Positions 27,001 through 36,537 of a DNA stretch of 64,000 nt are shown piece after piece. This DNA comes from Candidatus Atribacteria bacterium UBA6251 (GTDB lineage Bacteria; Atribacterota; Phoenicimicrobiia; Phoenicimicrobiales; Phoenicimicrobiaceae), in NCBI GenBank assembly GCA_002441285.1, contig DJVR01000007.1, positions 45,118 through 109,117 on the forward strand, read 5' to 3'. The notes below the pieces were generated by a model. That model saw only the letters and a program-made list of their open reading frames with translations. It ran no database searches and was not told the DNA's origin. Positions within the stretch are counted from its first letter, which is position 1. The number at the start of each line of letters is the position of its first letter. The translations under genes were made by a program, and so were the position numbers.

Positions 27001-28396
27001 GAATATTTTTAACCGAAAAAATAAAGAGGAAGTTGCCCCTAAAAGTTTAATTCAGGATATCCCTCTGAACTTTCAGGTAAAAACGAACAATGCCGATATA
27101 AATATACTAAGACTGTTCTGGGAGGAAGCTTTTTCTGAGGTTTCTGGTTGGGTTGATATAGACTTAAATCTGACTGGAACCAGTAGAAAGCCATTAATCA
27201 ATGGAGCAATAGAGGTAAAACAGGGGAAGATTATTCTAGCAGATTTACCTATAGAGATTAAAGAACTTAACCATAAAATAGAAATTTCTAATAACAGAGT
27301 GACAATTCCTTCAGTCCCATTTTTAATTTATGATCATAATTTTAGCTTTTCTGGTCAGTTAGAACTAAATAACTTTATACCTGATCAAATATCCATTATT
27401 GTGCGTAATGAAGATAAAAAATTTATTTATCAAGATATTATTGAGACTGAGGCTAATTTGCGAGGAGAAATTAAAGGATTATTTGTAGAGCCTGAGATTG
27501 AGGGACAATTAGTGATATCAAAAGGTAATTTAAATCTGGATAAATTAGCATTATTGCTGGCAGATGGAAGATCGGGGTATTCAAGCTTGGTAGCTCCTCA
27601 CAATTTGAAGGGTAAGTTGAATATAAAGATTGATTTCAATGATCCTTTTAGCTTAAAACTACCTAATACTGAACTTTTTATCACTGGTAAAATAGATCTA
27701 AATGGTTCTCTAGCTCAACCCAATGTTCAAGGAAATATCCTGTTAAAAAGAGGGAATTTCATCTATTTTGAAAAGAAATTTGAGATTACTGATGGTCTAA
27801 TTTCTATTAATGGTTTTAACGCCGAGGATATTGAAATAAATGCTAAAGCACAAACCATAGTGCAAGATGCTAAAATAATTATATTTCTTAGCGGGAACCT
27901 GATTAATCCTCGAATACGATTATCTTCCGAACCCCCCCTTAAAGAAACAGAAATTATTTCCTTATTGACTTTAGGCAGAAATATTGAAGGTCTTTCGAAG
28001 GGTGAAATTGATCAGCTTCTCTCTAAGGAAATAATTAATATTATTTTTCAGAGTTTGCAAATAAATATTTTAAAACGGATGGAGCGTGAAATAGCTGGTC
28101 AGCTAGGATTGAATTTATTAAGATTATCTGTAGATAACTTAATAACCTCAGATAATCAAACTCTTTTGTTTGAGGGATTAAATTTGGCAGATTTAACTTT
28201 AGAAGTAGGTAAAAATGTCGGAGAAAACTTATTTATTACTTATAAAACAACTTTAGATTTTCAAGGAGAAAAAAGTATGGGTATTAATTATAAACTTTCT
28301 TCCACCTTTAGCTTCAATACTCAGCTGGATACTTATTCTTTTTCCTTAAAAGAGAATAATTATCGATTAAAATTTGGATTGGAATTCAATTTTTAG
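24011..28396 (+). CDS. tamB: TamB-like translocation and assembly module protein (AsmA-like N-terminus, DUF490-like C-terminus)
   Basis: About 1460 aa with a single N-terminal TM helix (YIYWLGVPIFTIIVIVGALYIYI) and a long, repetitive beta-rich body. The C-terminal region, ISGNLINPRIRLSSEPPLKETEIISLLTLG...LKFGLEFNF, ends in an aromatic residue. The ATG at 24011 follows GGGAG. Confidence 0.7.
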   Translation: MISSQFNKRYIYWLGVPIFTIIVIVGALYIYINSAYFRENIKSVLLSQLENSLGLKVEIGNIESISLQSLQLSDMTIFEHSLTKKDILFQAEKIEARFNLFFSLLHWKDWQLNIYEITFSRASLEISRERNGEFDLLNKLDLKIGEKQRKFFIERINFKDSMLTFHDKSVYSDHQDALTTQVNEIQGYLDLSQLSEINFNFQGRQEKDNAILGLLGKVFTNELAYSLSLHLENANILHFQSYFEFLKQLNITQGRFDLNLYLKSLPEEGLSGIFWQGETTLHHISAQPEILEGINLEDINGSIQFAKPEIKISQLKGFYQDSSVSLQGVFTIEPEPYFDLNLTAEKLDISRAIKSISVPVAYNSALPLQGRVSLSGNIKGKIDDFQVEAKFSSPEIKLEGIAFQNIDCSILLDGNTLLINTFSLQEAEGALNIKGKIDWSEDIPFYQFYIDTKHLSLQHPLFNYFSLPKDISGNVAGQFKVESDRQNSSVVRVEGQFMTADLKIKEIIFHDLLQGKIDSVIYLSDHDINIIFSEFDYQKAHTSLKGKINYSDLINFDLQFEGRAPEIKEVLSSTSLNIIAIPEGEVEIKGLLAGNLKNPEISAEFSLKKFILQDYLVDEIKGKLTFHQNIIYLKDCWLKNREICLNGKGDITLSESGSPKIDLFYQYDSVDLTWAAKNLKIPYPLSGQLSGSGNLQGMWPELTLKGNIQLEQIVYNNYPLGKGQLVFSLNPRQIEMNNTTDNLNGNRLGMANWAGSHSYSLNLEKFILNNEVLNLSVFGEIDWGGDYQFSGEINFSHQNLPEMVEYFYPCDNEKNNLKIFLPSKIIGKANLEGDRLEQKLTLSTLFTLPQQEAELPTKLESTIRRDSQGFTISDLHLVQPGGEFDLEGNISPDQKLDLNFKAEELDLNKLLSLTQIEEMIKGVMNIQGSCKGTISQPEISIITQIREGYFRELQFENLQSNLYWDSQSNIIEVRDLIVDSKQGYSLRARGNLPLAALNIFNRKNKEEVAPKSLIQDIPLNFQVKTNNADINILRLFWEEAFSEVSGWVDIDLNLTGTSRKPLINGAIEVKQGKIILADLPIEIKELNHKIEISNNRVTIPSVPFLIYDHNFSFSGQLELNNFIPDQISIIVRNEDKKFIYQDIIETEANLRGEIKGLFVEPEIEGQLVISKGNLNLDKLALLLADGRSGYSSLVAPHNLKGKLNIKIDFNDPFSLKLPNTELFITGKIDLNGSLAQPNVQGNILLKRGNFIYFEKKFEITDGLISINGFNAEDIEINAKAQTIVQDAKIIIFLSGNLINPRIRLSSEPPLKETEIISLLTLGRNIEGLSKGEIDQLLSKEIINIIFQSLQINILKRMEREIAGQLGLNLLRLSVDNLITSDNQTLLFEGLNLADLTLEVGKNVGENLFITYKTTLDFQGEKSMGINYKLSSTFSFNTQLDTYSFSLKENNYRLKFGLEFNF

Positions 28397-28415
28397 AAAG
28401 TGAGGGGTTGGTAAA

Positions 28416-30125
28416 ATGTTTTGGAAATGCTTAGTGAATAATATTTCATTTTTGATTGTATTAAGCTATCTATATAGTCTAATTTATCAGAAATTTAAAA
28501 ATGTAAATGAAATAAAATATGCTTTATCTTCAGGAATGCTCTTTGGCTTAATAGCTTTAGCTGCGATGTTAACCCCTATGCATTATCTACCTGGCATTAT
28601 TTTCGATGGTCGTTCTATCATTATTAGTTTAGGTGCATTTTTTGGTGGTCCACTTGCAGCTGTAGTTATAATAATAATCACCGCTACTTACCGATATTTT
28701 CTCGGAGGAAGTGGAGCCATCGTTGGCTGTATGGTAATAATTTCTTCAGCTGTAATTGGAATTATATATCGATATTTTCTAACCCCGGAAAAAGCGAGAA
28801 AAATTATTTGTTTGTATTTACTTGGTTTAACTGTTCATATTTGTATGCTGTTATTAATGTTGGCACTTCCAGAGAGAGCAGGAATTAAAGTAATATATGA
28901 TCTAGGGATTCAAATCCTCTTATTTTATCCTCTGGCTACAGTTATAGTTGCAAAGATGTTAATAGATAGAAAAGATTTTATTGATTCTTTAGAAAAACTT
29001 ACAGAAAGTGAGGAGAGATACAGATTACTTATAAAGAATCAAATAGATTTACTGGTTAAGATGGATACCCAGGGAAGATTTTTATTTGTTGACCCTTCCT
29101 ATGCTGAAACTTTTGGTAAAAAAGAAGAAGAGTTATTAGGTAAAGAATTTATGCCTTTAGTGCACCCTGAGGATATAGAATTAGCTAAAAAATCTCGCGA
29201 AGAGCTTTATAAACCACCATATACTTGCTATTATGAACAAAGGACAAAAACAGTTTCTGGCTGGCGTTGGCTTGCCTGGAAAGATAAGGCAATTCTAGAT
29301 AATGAAGGTAAGGTCTCGGAGATTGTTGGTATAGGGAGAGATATTACCGAGCAGAAAAAAATAGAAGAAGAGTTAAGAAAATTAAAAGATGATCTCGAAA
29401 TAAAGGTAGCTCAAAGAACTGCTCAATTAGAAGCGAAAAATCGAGATTTAGAAGCCTTTACTCATTTAGTTTCTCATGATTTACGTGCACCACTTAGAAT
29501 TATTAATGGTTTTGTCAATATTCTTCTCGAGGACTATACCAGTAAGCTGGATGAGGAAGGGAAACGGATTGGTAGGATTATAAAAGAAAATACCATTAAT
29601 ATGGGAAACCTGATTAACAGTTTGCTTGATCTGTCAAGGGTGACCAGGAAGGGACTCGATAAATCTTGGATTGATATGAAGGGTTTATTTAGAACGATAT
29701 ATTTTGAAGTTACTGATCAATTCCAGAGAAATAAAATCAAATTTGTAGTAAATGAGCTTAAAGATTGTTTTGCTGATCCTACTTTAATGAGACAGGTTAT
29801 TACTAATCTTTTATCGAATGCAGTTAAATTTACTTCTCAGACAGAAGTACCTATAATTGAAGTAAAATGTCATCAGAAGAATCAAAAACTTATTTATGAA
29901 ATTAAAGATAATGGAGTGGGTTTTGATATGAAATATAAGGATAAATTATTTAATGCTTTTCAAAGACTGCATAATATTAAAGAATTTAGTGGCACAGGAA
30001 TTGGATTGGCTATTGTTCAGAGAATTATTAACGCCCATGGTGGTGAGGTAGGAGCAGAAGGAGAAGTGGGTAAAGGAGCGATGTTCTGGTTTTCTTTGCC
30101 CTTAAATCCCTCTGATGAGAAATAA
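28416..30125 (+). CDS. Sensor histidine kinase (5TM LytS-type membrane module, PAS, HisKA, HATPase_c)
   Basis: Multi-TM N-terminus, then a PAS-like region ([25 protein letters not shown]). H-box SHDLRAPL, N-box LLSNAVKF, G-boxes DNGVGF and GTGIGLAIV. Confidence 0.85.
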   Translation: MFWKCLVNNISFLIVLSYLYSLIYQKFKNVNEIKYALSSGMLFGLIALAAMLTPMHYLPGIIFDGRSIIISLGAFFGGPLAAVVIIIITATYRYFLGGSGAIVGCMVIISSAVIGIIYRYFLTPEKARKIICLYLLGLTVHICMLLLMLALPERAGIKVIYDLGIQILLFYPLATVIVAKMLIDRKDFIDSLEKLTESEERYRLLIKNQIDLLVKMDTQGRFLFVDPSYAETFGKKEEELLGKEFMPLVHPEDIELAKKSREELYKPPYTCYYEQRTKTVSGWRWLAWKDKAILDNEGKVSEIVGIGRDITEQKKIEEELRKLKDDLEIKVAQRTAQLEAKNRDLEAFTHLVSHDLRAPLRIINGFVNILLEDYTSKLDEEGKRIGRIIKENTINMGNLINSLLDLSRVTRKGLDKSWIDMKGLFRTIYFEVTDQFQRNKIKFVVNELKDCFADPTLMRQVITNLLSNAVKFTSQTEVPIIEVKCHQKNQKLIYEIKDNGVGFDMKYKDKLFNAFQRLHNIKEFSGTGIGLAIVQRIINAHGGEVGAEGEVGKGAMFWFSLPLNPSDEK

Positions 30126-30163
30126 TTTGAAAAATTTTATATAAGCAAGGAGGTTAAGTATCT

Positions 30164-30610
30164 ATGCAAAAGACTATGAAAAATGTTATCCTATTAGTAG
30201 AAGACAATCCTGATGATGCTGAATTGATTATTCGATCACTCAAAAAAAGTGGTCTGGTAAATGAAATATTTTTAGCTGAGGATGGGGAAGAGGCATTAGA
30301 GTTTGTTTTTGGTCAGGGTAGATATGCACAAAAATCCTATGTAGAGCAGATAAAATTGATTTTGCTGGACTTGAAACTTCCTAAACTTAATGGACTGGAA
30401 GTACTTGAGAAAATAAAAACAAACCCTTCTACTGTAAAGCTGCCTGTAGTAGCGTTAACCTCTTCTGATGAAGATCCGGATATCAATAAGGCTTATGAAT
30501 TGGGAGTAAATAGCTATATAGTTAAGCCGGTCGATTTTAATGATTTTGTAAATACTGTTCATCAAGTCGGCCTTTATTGGCTTTTAGTCAATAAAACTCC
30601 CGAAAGGTAA
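30164..30610 (+). CDS. Single-domain CheY-like response regulator
   Basis: ILLVEDNPDDAEL...ILLDLKLPKLNG...ALTSS...YIVKP. The acidic pocket, phospho-acceptor Asp, conserved Thr/Ser and Lys are all present. Confidence 0.85.
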   Translation: MQKTMKNVILLVEDNPDDAELIIRSLKKSGLVNEIFLAEDGEEALEFVFGQGRYAQKSYVEQIKLILLDLKLPKLNGLEVLEKIKTNPSTVKLPVVALTSSDEDPDINKAYELGVNSYIVKPVDFNDFVNTVHQVGLYWLLVNKTPER

Positions 30611-30626
30611 AAGGTAAAGATTTATT

Positions 30627-32018
30627 ATGGATAAAATAGTGAAAATATTATTAGTAGAAGATTTACCATCCGATGTTCAACTTGCTGAAAGAGAAATTAG
30701 TAAGGTTCTCAATAAATACCAGATAAAGGTGACCGAAAGAGAAGAAGATTTTATCGCCTTATTAGAGAATTGGAAGCCAGACCTGGTTATTTCTGATTTT
30801 AAGTTGCCTTCTTTTGATGGATTATCTGCCATTAAGATCACTTTAAAAAAATCTCCTTTTACCCCTTTGATTATTCTTACTGGATCTATAAATGAAGATA
30901 CAGCGGTGGAGTGTATGAAAGCAGGAGCGACAGATTATGTAATCAAGGAACACATTAAAAGGCTTGGAACAGCAATCTTAAATGCATTAAAACAAAAAGA
31001 AATAAATATCCAGAAATATAGAACGGAGGAAAAATTAAGGGAAAATGAGGCAAAACTAAGACAGATAACTGATAATATCTCAGATATCGTTTTTACTATG
31101 GATATGAATTTTAATACCACTTATGTTAGCCCTTCAATTTATAAACTTACAGGTTTTGAAGTAAATGATTATCTGAAAAAAAACTTAGTAGAAAAACATC
31201 CTCCTGAAACCATAAAAATGTTTAGAGATATTATTAAAGAAGAACTAGAAAGAGAAAAAAATTCTCAAATTGAAAAAAATAGATCGCGCATTATTGAATT
31301 TAAACACTATACAAAAGATGGTAAATCTATTATTATGCAAAGCCATATTTCGTTTATACGTGATAAAAAAGGGAAGCCCATTGGCCTACTACAAGGAGCA
31401 TCTAGAGACATTACTGACTTAAAGTATTCTCAATTAAAATTACGTAAGGCTATGGATGATATGATTAAAACCATTTCCAAAATTTCAGAAGTCAAAGACC
31501 CCTATACTGCCGGGCATCAACGCAAGGTTAGCCAGCTTTCCTTAAAAATTGCGGAAGAATTATATCTTTCCTCAGACCTAATGGAAGGGATAAAGATTGC
31601 AGCTCTAATACACGATATTGGGAAAGTTGGAATTCCTTCTGAAATACTGGTAAAACCTGGACGATTAAATGAGATAGAATTTGCCTTGATAAGAGATCAC
31701 CCCCGACTAGGCTATGAGATATTAAAAGAAATTGAATTTCCTTACCCTATTGCTAAAATTATATTGCAACATCATGAAAGAATTAATGGAACTGGTTATC
31801 CCCTGCAACTAAAAGACAAGAGTATCCTTTTGGAAGCAAAGATTATTGGAGTAGCAGATGTGGTGGAGGCTATGTCTTCTCATCGCCCCTACCGTCCTGC
31901 TTTGGGAAACGAGGCTGCTTTAGATGAAATATTTAAAAATAAGGGTATTCTCTATGATTTAACAGTAGCGAATGCCTGTATAAAACTTTTTAAAGAGAAA
32001 GGGTTTAAGTTCGATTAA
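30627..32018 (+). CDS. Response regulator with receiver, PAS and HD-GYP (c-di-GMP phosphodiesterase) domains
   Basis: Receiver (ILLVEDLPSD...VISDFKLPSFDG), PAS (ITDNISDIVFTMDMNFNTTYVSPS), then an HD-GYP domain with an intact conserved set: GHQRKV, HDIGK, DHPRLG, HHERINGTGYP, ADVVEAM. Confidence 0.85.
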   Translation: MDKIVKILLVEDLPSDVQLAEREISKVLNKYQIKVTEREEDFIALLENWKPDLVISDFKLPSFDGLSAIKITLKKSPFTPLIILTGSINEDTAVECMKAGATDYVIKEHIKRLGTAILNALKQKEINIQKYRTEEKLRENEAKLRQITDNISDIVFTMDMNFNTTYVSPSIYKLTGFEVNDYLKKNLVEKHPPETIKMFRDIIKEELEREKNSQIEKNRSRIIEFKHYTKDGKSIIMQSHISFIRDKKGKPIGLLQGASRDITDLKYSQLKLRKAMDDMIKTISKISEVKDPYTAGHQRKVSQLSLKIAEELYLSSDLMEGIKIAALIHDIGKVGIPSEILVKPGRLNEIEFALIRDHPRLGYEILKEIEFPYPIAKIILQHHERINGTGYPLQLKDKSILLEAKIIGVADVVEAMSSHRPYRPALGNEAALDEIFKNKGILYDLTVANACIKLFKEKGFKFD

Positions 32019-32211
32019 AAAAATTCTGCGAAGTCTGGGGCTTCTAATAGAAAATTTATCTATTATAGATGCTTGGCTTTCTAAAAATAAACTAAAAATA
32101 GAGCAGTGTCTAAGAAAGTTTTTTTTCGAACGAGCTAAAAAATCTTTTCATTATTATTTAGTGCTAAGAATGAAGCAAAAAGGATTGAGTTTTACAACTT
32201 TTTGATAAAAT

Positions 32212-32246
32212 AATGACCAGGGAAAATAATTTACTGGTCATTTTTA
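32212..32246 (+). terminator. Intrinsic terminator-like hairpin
   Basis: AATGACCAG (32212-32220) pairs with CTGGTCATT (32234-32242), with a 13-nt loop, running into a T-tract. Confidence 0.45.
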
Positions 32247-32294
32247 AAAATTAGTTATTGTTGGATCATACTATGAAAAGGTTGAATAAAATAT

Positions 32295-32705
32295 TTGATT
32301 GGCGCTTTAAAAAAATGGTTGAACTATATTTTGCAAAGCGCTATGGCAACAGTGGCGGTATTAATCACTCTGGTAGTATTGCACCGTCAAAACTTAGTAG
32401 TAGCTTCCCTGGCTGCGACTGCCTTTACCATTTTTATTATGCCTCATAATATTACCGCTTCTCCGCGGAATGGGATAGGCGGACACATTATTGGTATTAT
32501 TTTTGGTTCTTTATTTGCTATAATTTCTGTAAAATCGGGATTGGAAAAGGATGTAATCTATGCTCTGGCGGTTGGTTGTGCAACATTAATGATGACTATT
32601 ACCAATATGGAACATCCGCCAGCAGCTGGTACAACTTGGTTTCTGGGAAGCCTTACGTACGCTCCTTGGGTGGCCAAGGATAAACCGCAAAATGAAAGAA
32701 CTTAA
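32295..32705 (+). CDS. HPP-family membrane protein, probably C-terminally truncated/fused
   Basis: Hydrophobic helices and the family motif MEHPPAAGT. The sequence after the motif (TWFLGSLTYAPWVAKDKPQNERT*) does not look like a membrane segment and runs into a glycosyltransferase fragment. The start is uncertain: TTG at 32295, or ATG at 32273 plus a shift in an A7 run. Confidence 0.5.
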   Translation: MIGALKKWLNYILQSAMATVAVLITLVVLHRQNLVVASLAATAFTIFIMPHNITASPRNGIGGHIIGIIFGSLFAIISVKSGLEKDVIYALAVGCATLMMTITNMEHPPAAGTTWFLGSLTYAPWVAKDKPQNERT

Positions 32706-33389
32706 GAAAAATGGATATGAGGTGGATAATTTTATCTCTCTTATTGGAAACAACAATGAAACCTATACGATTGTCTATACCTCTAAAGATTTCAACCACT
32801 GGCAGACACATTTTCTGATAAATTTGTTTTTGTAGGCCCTTCCATTGAAGAAATCAAAAGCGACCATATAGATAAAAAAAGACCACTAATTTATATATCG
32901 CTAGGTACAGTACTCACTAAGAATAATGGTTTTTATTGGAACTGTATAAAAGCTTTGGGAGATAAACCGTTTGAGGTCATCATATCTATAGGCAAAGAAA
33001 ATACGCTAGAATGGCTGGGAGAAATTCCTCCCAATGTGGAGGTGAAAAACTGGGTTAACCAGATTGAGATACTCAAAAGAGCTGATGTCTTTATATCTCA
33101 TTGTGGAATGAACAGTGTAAATGAGAGCCTATACTTTGGTGTTCCGCTAGTGACCTTTCCTCAACACAGCGAAGAGGGATTGGTGGCAAAAAGAGTTATT
33201 GACTTAGGTGCTGGCATTCCACTTAGGAAGAATGACCCGGATCTGATTGATAAAGCTGTCCAGGAGCTACTGACCAATAAGTCTTATAAAGAAAAAGCCA
33301 GAAAGATTGGGGAGGGATTCAGGAGGAGTGGTGGAGCTAAAAGGGCAGCTACTTTTATTCTTGAGGTCATAGATAAAGAAAAAAATTAG
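32692..33389 (+). pseudogene. C-terminal fragment of a UDP-glycosyltransferase (MGT/YjiC/OleD-like family)
   Basis: Two frames joined by a 1-nt shift near 32787: ...TYTIVYTSKD|FQPLADTFSDKFVFVGPSIEE...RPLIYISLGTV...VFISHCGMNSVNESLYFGVPLVTFPQHSEE. This carries the GT1 donor-binding signature region. The whole N-terminal acceptor domain is missing. Confidence 0.65.
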
Positions 33390-33436
33390 ATTAGTAATAT
33401 TATTAGTTTTAAACAGAACCATTTGCAGTTTGATGT

Positions 33437-34072
33437 TTAGTGTAATTTCTTGTATTCTCGATAGGAGTAGATTCCAACATACAATAAAGCAATGAAGGTG
33501 CAGAATATAGCTAGTATAAAACTATATGTTTGGTTAATAATCCCGGCTAAAATAAAAATAAAGCCTATTAAAATAAAAACAAATCCTCCTACTCGATGTG
33601 TCTTTTTCCACACAGTTTCGTCTGCCAAAGTCCAGGGGAGTTTTATCCCGAAGGTATAATTTGGTCTAATTTGCCCCATATAATTTCCGATAACCATCAA
33701 TAAAATTCCAACAGCCAGGGGAATGATTCTAGATATATTAAGTTCATAGCCCAGGGCAGATAAAATACTTATCCATTGAAGTAAGATAAAAAAGGGGATT
33801 AGGATATTTATCAAAATGGTGTAGGTTTTTTGATGTTTGAGGTATGAGTTTTTTCTCGGATCAATCTCTGGAATATAGATTAATAGTAAGTAGACAATTA
33901 TAGGTAATAGGGCAGTTAAAAAGATAAAATTCTTATTCCCATAAGCATCTATTTCTCCCTTTATATTCCAGTGAGTAGGAATTTTTTCTGGTAATGCAGG
34001 ATAAATTAAGATAGTTATTATTAAAGAAATAAAGATCAAAGTTATTAGTATTGAATTAATTTTAAAGGTCAT
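33437..34072 (-). CDS. SdpI/YhfL-family membrane protein (DUF1648 plus SdpI-like)
   Basis: 211-aa polytopic protein. N-terminal ALPEKIPTHWNIKGEIDAYGNK is typical of DUF1648 and WKKTHRVGG is typical of the SdpI family. It overlaps the upstream ArsR-type gene by 11 nt. Confidence 0.7.
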   Translation of the reverse strand: MTFKINSILITLIFISLIITILIYPALPEKIPTHWNIKGEIDAYGNKNFIFLTALLPIIVYLLLIYIPEIDPRKNSYLKHQKTYTILINILIPFFILLQWISILSALGYELNISRIIPLAVGILLMVIGNYMGQIRPNYTFGIKLPWTLADETVWKKTHRVGGFVFILIGFIFILAGIINQTYSFILAIFCTFIALLYVGIYSYREYKKLH

Positions 34073-34337
34073 TTTTTTCTCCTCTTTCTTTAAAATTATA
34101 AAACCACTTTACTATTTCCTGAAGTACGGTGGTATTTAGAGAATATAAGATATTTTGTCCTCTTTTTTCTCCCAGGATTAAATTACAACTCTTTAGTAGT
34201 TGGAGATGGTGACTGATGGAAGGTTTACTGATCTGAAAGTGTTCTGCTATCTCCCCAGCATTTAAATCTTTTTCAATTAATAATTCTAATATTTTTCTTC
34301 GCGTAGGATCGGAAAGAGCCTTAAAGATACTATTCAA
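34062..34337 (-). CDS. ArsR/SdpR-family winged-helix transcriptional repressor
   Basis: FKALSDPTRRKILELL...LNAGEIAEHFQISKPSISHHLQLLK is the canonical ArsR HTH. TTG start with AGGAGG 10 nt upstream. Confidence 0.8.
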   Translation of the reverse strand: MNSIFKALSDPTRRKILELLIEKDLNAGEIAEHFQISKPSISHHLQLLKSCNLILGEKRGQNILYSLNTTVLQEIVKWFYNFKERGEKNDL

Positions 34338-34362
34338 GCGAATAATACCTCCTGATACAATT

Positions 34363-34390
34363 AGATATTTATATAATTAGATAAATATCT
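34363..34390. promoter_or_regulatory. Perfect 10-bp inverted repeat, candidate operator of the ArsR/SdpR-type repressor
   Basis: AGATATTTAT-ATAATTAG-ATAAATATCT, located 9 nt upstream of the repressor gene's Shine-Dalgarno sequence on the minus strand. Confidence 0.4.
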
Positions 34391-34645
34391 AAATAATATT
34401 ATAAGAAAAAATTTCCAAATTGCAAGAGGAGAAAGAAAAAATTTGAAGACTATTTAATCTTTTTAAGATTAAAAAATTAATTTAAAAATTGATTAGTGAT
34501 TAAAGAGGAATTTTATAACCTGATGTAGTAATAAATAAAAACATATTATAAATTAACTCTATAAAAATGAGTATTTACAGAGGTAATTAGGGCAGCTTGT
34601 GTTTACTATCAGTCTATTATTAATTAGGAAAGGAGACTAATTCTG

Positions 34646-35143
34646 ATGGAAGAGACAAAAATTGTGAAAGGCTATCTCCCTGGTTCAATTGGAAGAGTGG
34701 TTCAGCTTCATGGAACTTATTATCATTTGCAATGGGGATTTACTCTTTTTTTTGAAGTTAAGATCGCTAGAGAATTATCTGAATTTTTGAGTAGATACAA
34801 TGAAAAAAGGGATGGATTTTGGAATGTTTGGAGTAATGGGAATATTGAGGGTTCTATCACCATCGATGGGGAAGATGCTAAACAACAAGAAGCACACCTG
34901 CGCTGGTTTATTATTTCTGATGCTTTAAGAGGTCAGGGTTGGGGGAATAAATTAATTCGGGAAGCGATAGATTTTTGTCAAGAACGGAGATATAAAAAGA
35001 TTTATCTCTGGACTTTTAAAGGTTTAAAGGCAGCAAGACATTTGTATGAGAAAAATGGCTTCCAATTAGTTGAAGAACATTTAGGCAAACAATGGGGAAC
35101 AGAGGTTACCGAACAAAGGTTTGAATTAATTTTAAAAGAATAA
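34646..35143 (+). CDS. GNAT-family N-acetyltransferase
   Basis: The acetyl-CoA binding motif RGQGWGNKLIREAIDF (R/Q-x-x-G-x-G/A) and the C-terminal YEKNGF are typical of GNAT proteins. Confidence 0.75.
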   Translation: MEETKIVKGYLPGSIGRVVQLHGTYYHLQWGFTLFFEVKIARELSEFLSRYNEKRDGFWNVWSNGNIEGSITIDGEDAKQQEAHLRWFIISDALRGQGWGNKLIREAIDFCQERRYKKIYLWTFKGLKAARHLYEKNGFQLVEEHLGKQWGTEVTEQRFELILKE

Positions 35144-35296
35144 AACTGGAAAGGATTACCTTTATGAAATTATTTGATAAATTTCTTATATAGATATACT
35201 TGACTTATTTTGTTATAATTTTTAATATATTATTAATTATGAAGTGAAAATAAAATAGATGAAAAATCTTCAATCTACCAGTAGGGGGAAAATACT

Positions 35297-36193
35297 ATGC
35301 TAATAAAGAAAGTCTTAGACGCCATAGGGAATGTACCATTGATTCAACTGAACAAGCTATCTTCCGGAAATGTATTTGTAAAGGCAGAGCATTTAAATCC
35401 TGGGGGAAGTATTAAAGATAGGGTGGCTAAATATATTATTGAAAAAGCAGAAAAAGAAGGAAAATTAAAACCTGGTATGACTATAATCGAAGCTACTTCT
35501 GGGAATACCGGTATTGGAATAACCTTAGTAGGAGTGCTGAAAGGTTATAAAGTTATTTGTATAATGCCAGAAAATATGAGTGAGGAACGCAAGAAGATCA
35601 TTCAAGCCTTTGGTGGAGAGATTATCTTTACTTCAGCTCAGGGTAGTTTAACTGAAAGTGTAAATAAATTGAAAGAGATTACCAGTAGTGAAGCAAGTAA
35701 ATATTTTATTGTAAATCAGTTTTTCAATCCAGATAATCCTGAGACTCACTATTGCTATACAGCTCCCGAAATTTGGCAGGATATGAAAGGTAAAATAGAT
35801 GTCTTCGTAGCAGGAGTAGGAAGTGGAGGGACTCTTCAGGGAATTGGAAAATTTTTAAAAGAAAAAAATCCAAAGGTTAAATTGGTTGCAGTAGAGCCAA
35901 AGAATTCAGCAGCCTTACTCCATCGAGAACCTGGATTGCATCAAATTCAAGGGATAGGAGATGGTTTTATACCAGACGTCTTAGATGTTAATCTAGTAGA
36001 TATGGTTTTTACAGTAAGTGATGAAGATGCGATTGAAACTACCAGAAGATTAGCAAAAGAAGAAGGGCTGTTAGTGGGAACCTCTTCTGGTGCCAATGTC
36101 TTTGCTGCCTTACATGTGGACAATGGTAAAAATAGAGTAGTCACAGTATTACCAGACCGTGCAGAAAGATATTTTAGCACTGCTCTCTTATAA
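35297..36193 (+). CDS. cysK: Cysteine synthase (O-acetylserine sulfhydrylase)
   Basis: GNVPLIQL, NPGGSIKDR (PLP lysine), TSGNTGIG, MPENMSEERKK and GVGSGGTLQG are present in the canonical order. CysK versus CysM cannot be resolved by eye. Confidence 0.85.
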   Translation: MLIKKVLDAIGNVPLIQLNKLSSGNVFVKAEHLNPGGSIKDRVAKYIIEKAEKEGKLKPGMTIIEATSGNTGIGITLVGVLKGYKVICIMPENMSEERKKIIQAFGGEIIFTSAQGSLTESVNKLKEITSSEASKYFIVNQFFNPDNPETHYCYTAPEIWQDMKGKIDVFVAGVGSGGTLQGIGKFLKEKNPKVKLVAVEPKNSAALLHREPGLHQIQGIGDGFIPDVLDVNLVDMVFTVSDEDAIETTRRLAKEEGLLVGTSSGANVFAALHVDNGKNRVVTVLPDRAERYFSTALL

Positions 36194-36223
36194 AAAATTA
36201 AATTTTAATTATTTAGAATATTG

Positions 36224-36484
36224 TTAGGCTTTTAAATTTTTAATATTTAGCAGCTTATATTCCGAGCAATTTGCACAAGAGGACGCTTTATGGTATTTCT
36301 TTTGTAGAAAGGTGCCCGTTTTTGTCATTAAACCTCCCAGATAATTTAGAATATGATGGAGATAAGAAGGGGAGGTTTTATTTTTTGTCTGTAGTTGTCG
36401 GATCATTCTTTCTGTTTCTGCTTCTTTGAGTAATTCATTCTGTCTGCTTTGGGCATACTGATAATAAAAAAACCAGTTTTCCAT
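36224..36484 (-). CDS. Small hypothetical protein (86 aa)
   Basis: I prefer the start at the ATG at 36484, which follows GGAGGG with 7-nt spacing, over the track start at 36559. The extra 5' stretch of the track ORF overlaps a consensus plus-strand promoter. Confidence 0.45.
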   Translation of the reverse strand: MENWFFYYQYAQSRQNELLKEAETERMIRQLQTKNKTSPSYLHHILNYLGGLMTKTGTFLQKKYHKASSCANCSEYKLLNIKNLKA

Positions 36485-36507
36485 TTGTTTACCCTCCGTA
36501 AAAATAT

Positions 36508-36537
36508 TTGACAATGAGTATAACCAATAATTATAAT
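36508..36537 (+). promoter_or_regulatory. Near-consensus sigma70-type promoter for the CGNR zinc-finger gene
   Basis: TTGACA (36508-36513), 18-nt spacer, TATAAT (36532-36537), about 78 nt upstream of the ATG at 36615. Confidence 0.4.

Noticed and set aside
32258-32449. 63-aa ORF overlapping the start of the HPP gene
   Set aside because: It is an out-of-frame overlap with the HPP reading frame. At most, its first ~15 codons could be the true N-terminus if there is a shift in the A7 run, and that cannot be decided from sequence alone.
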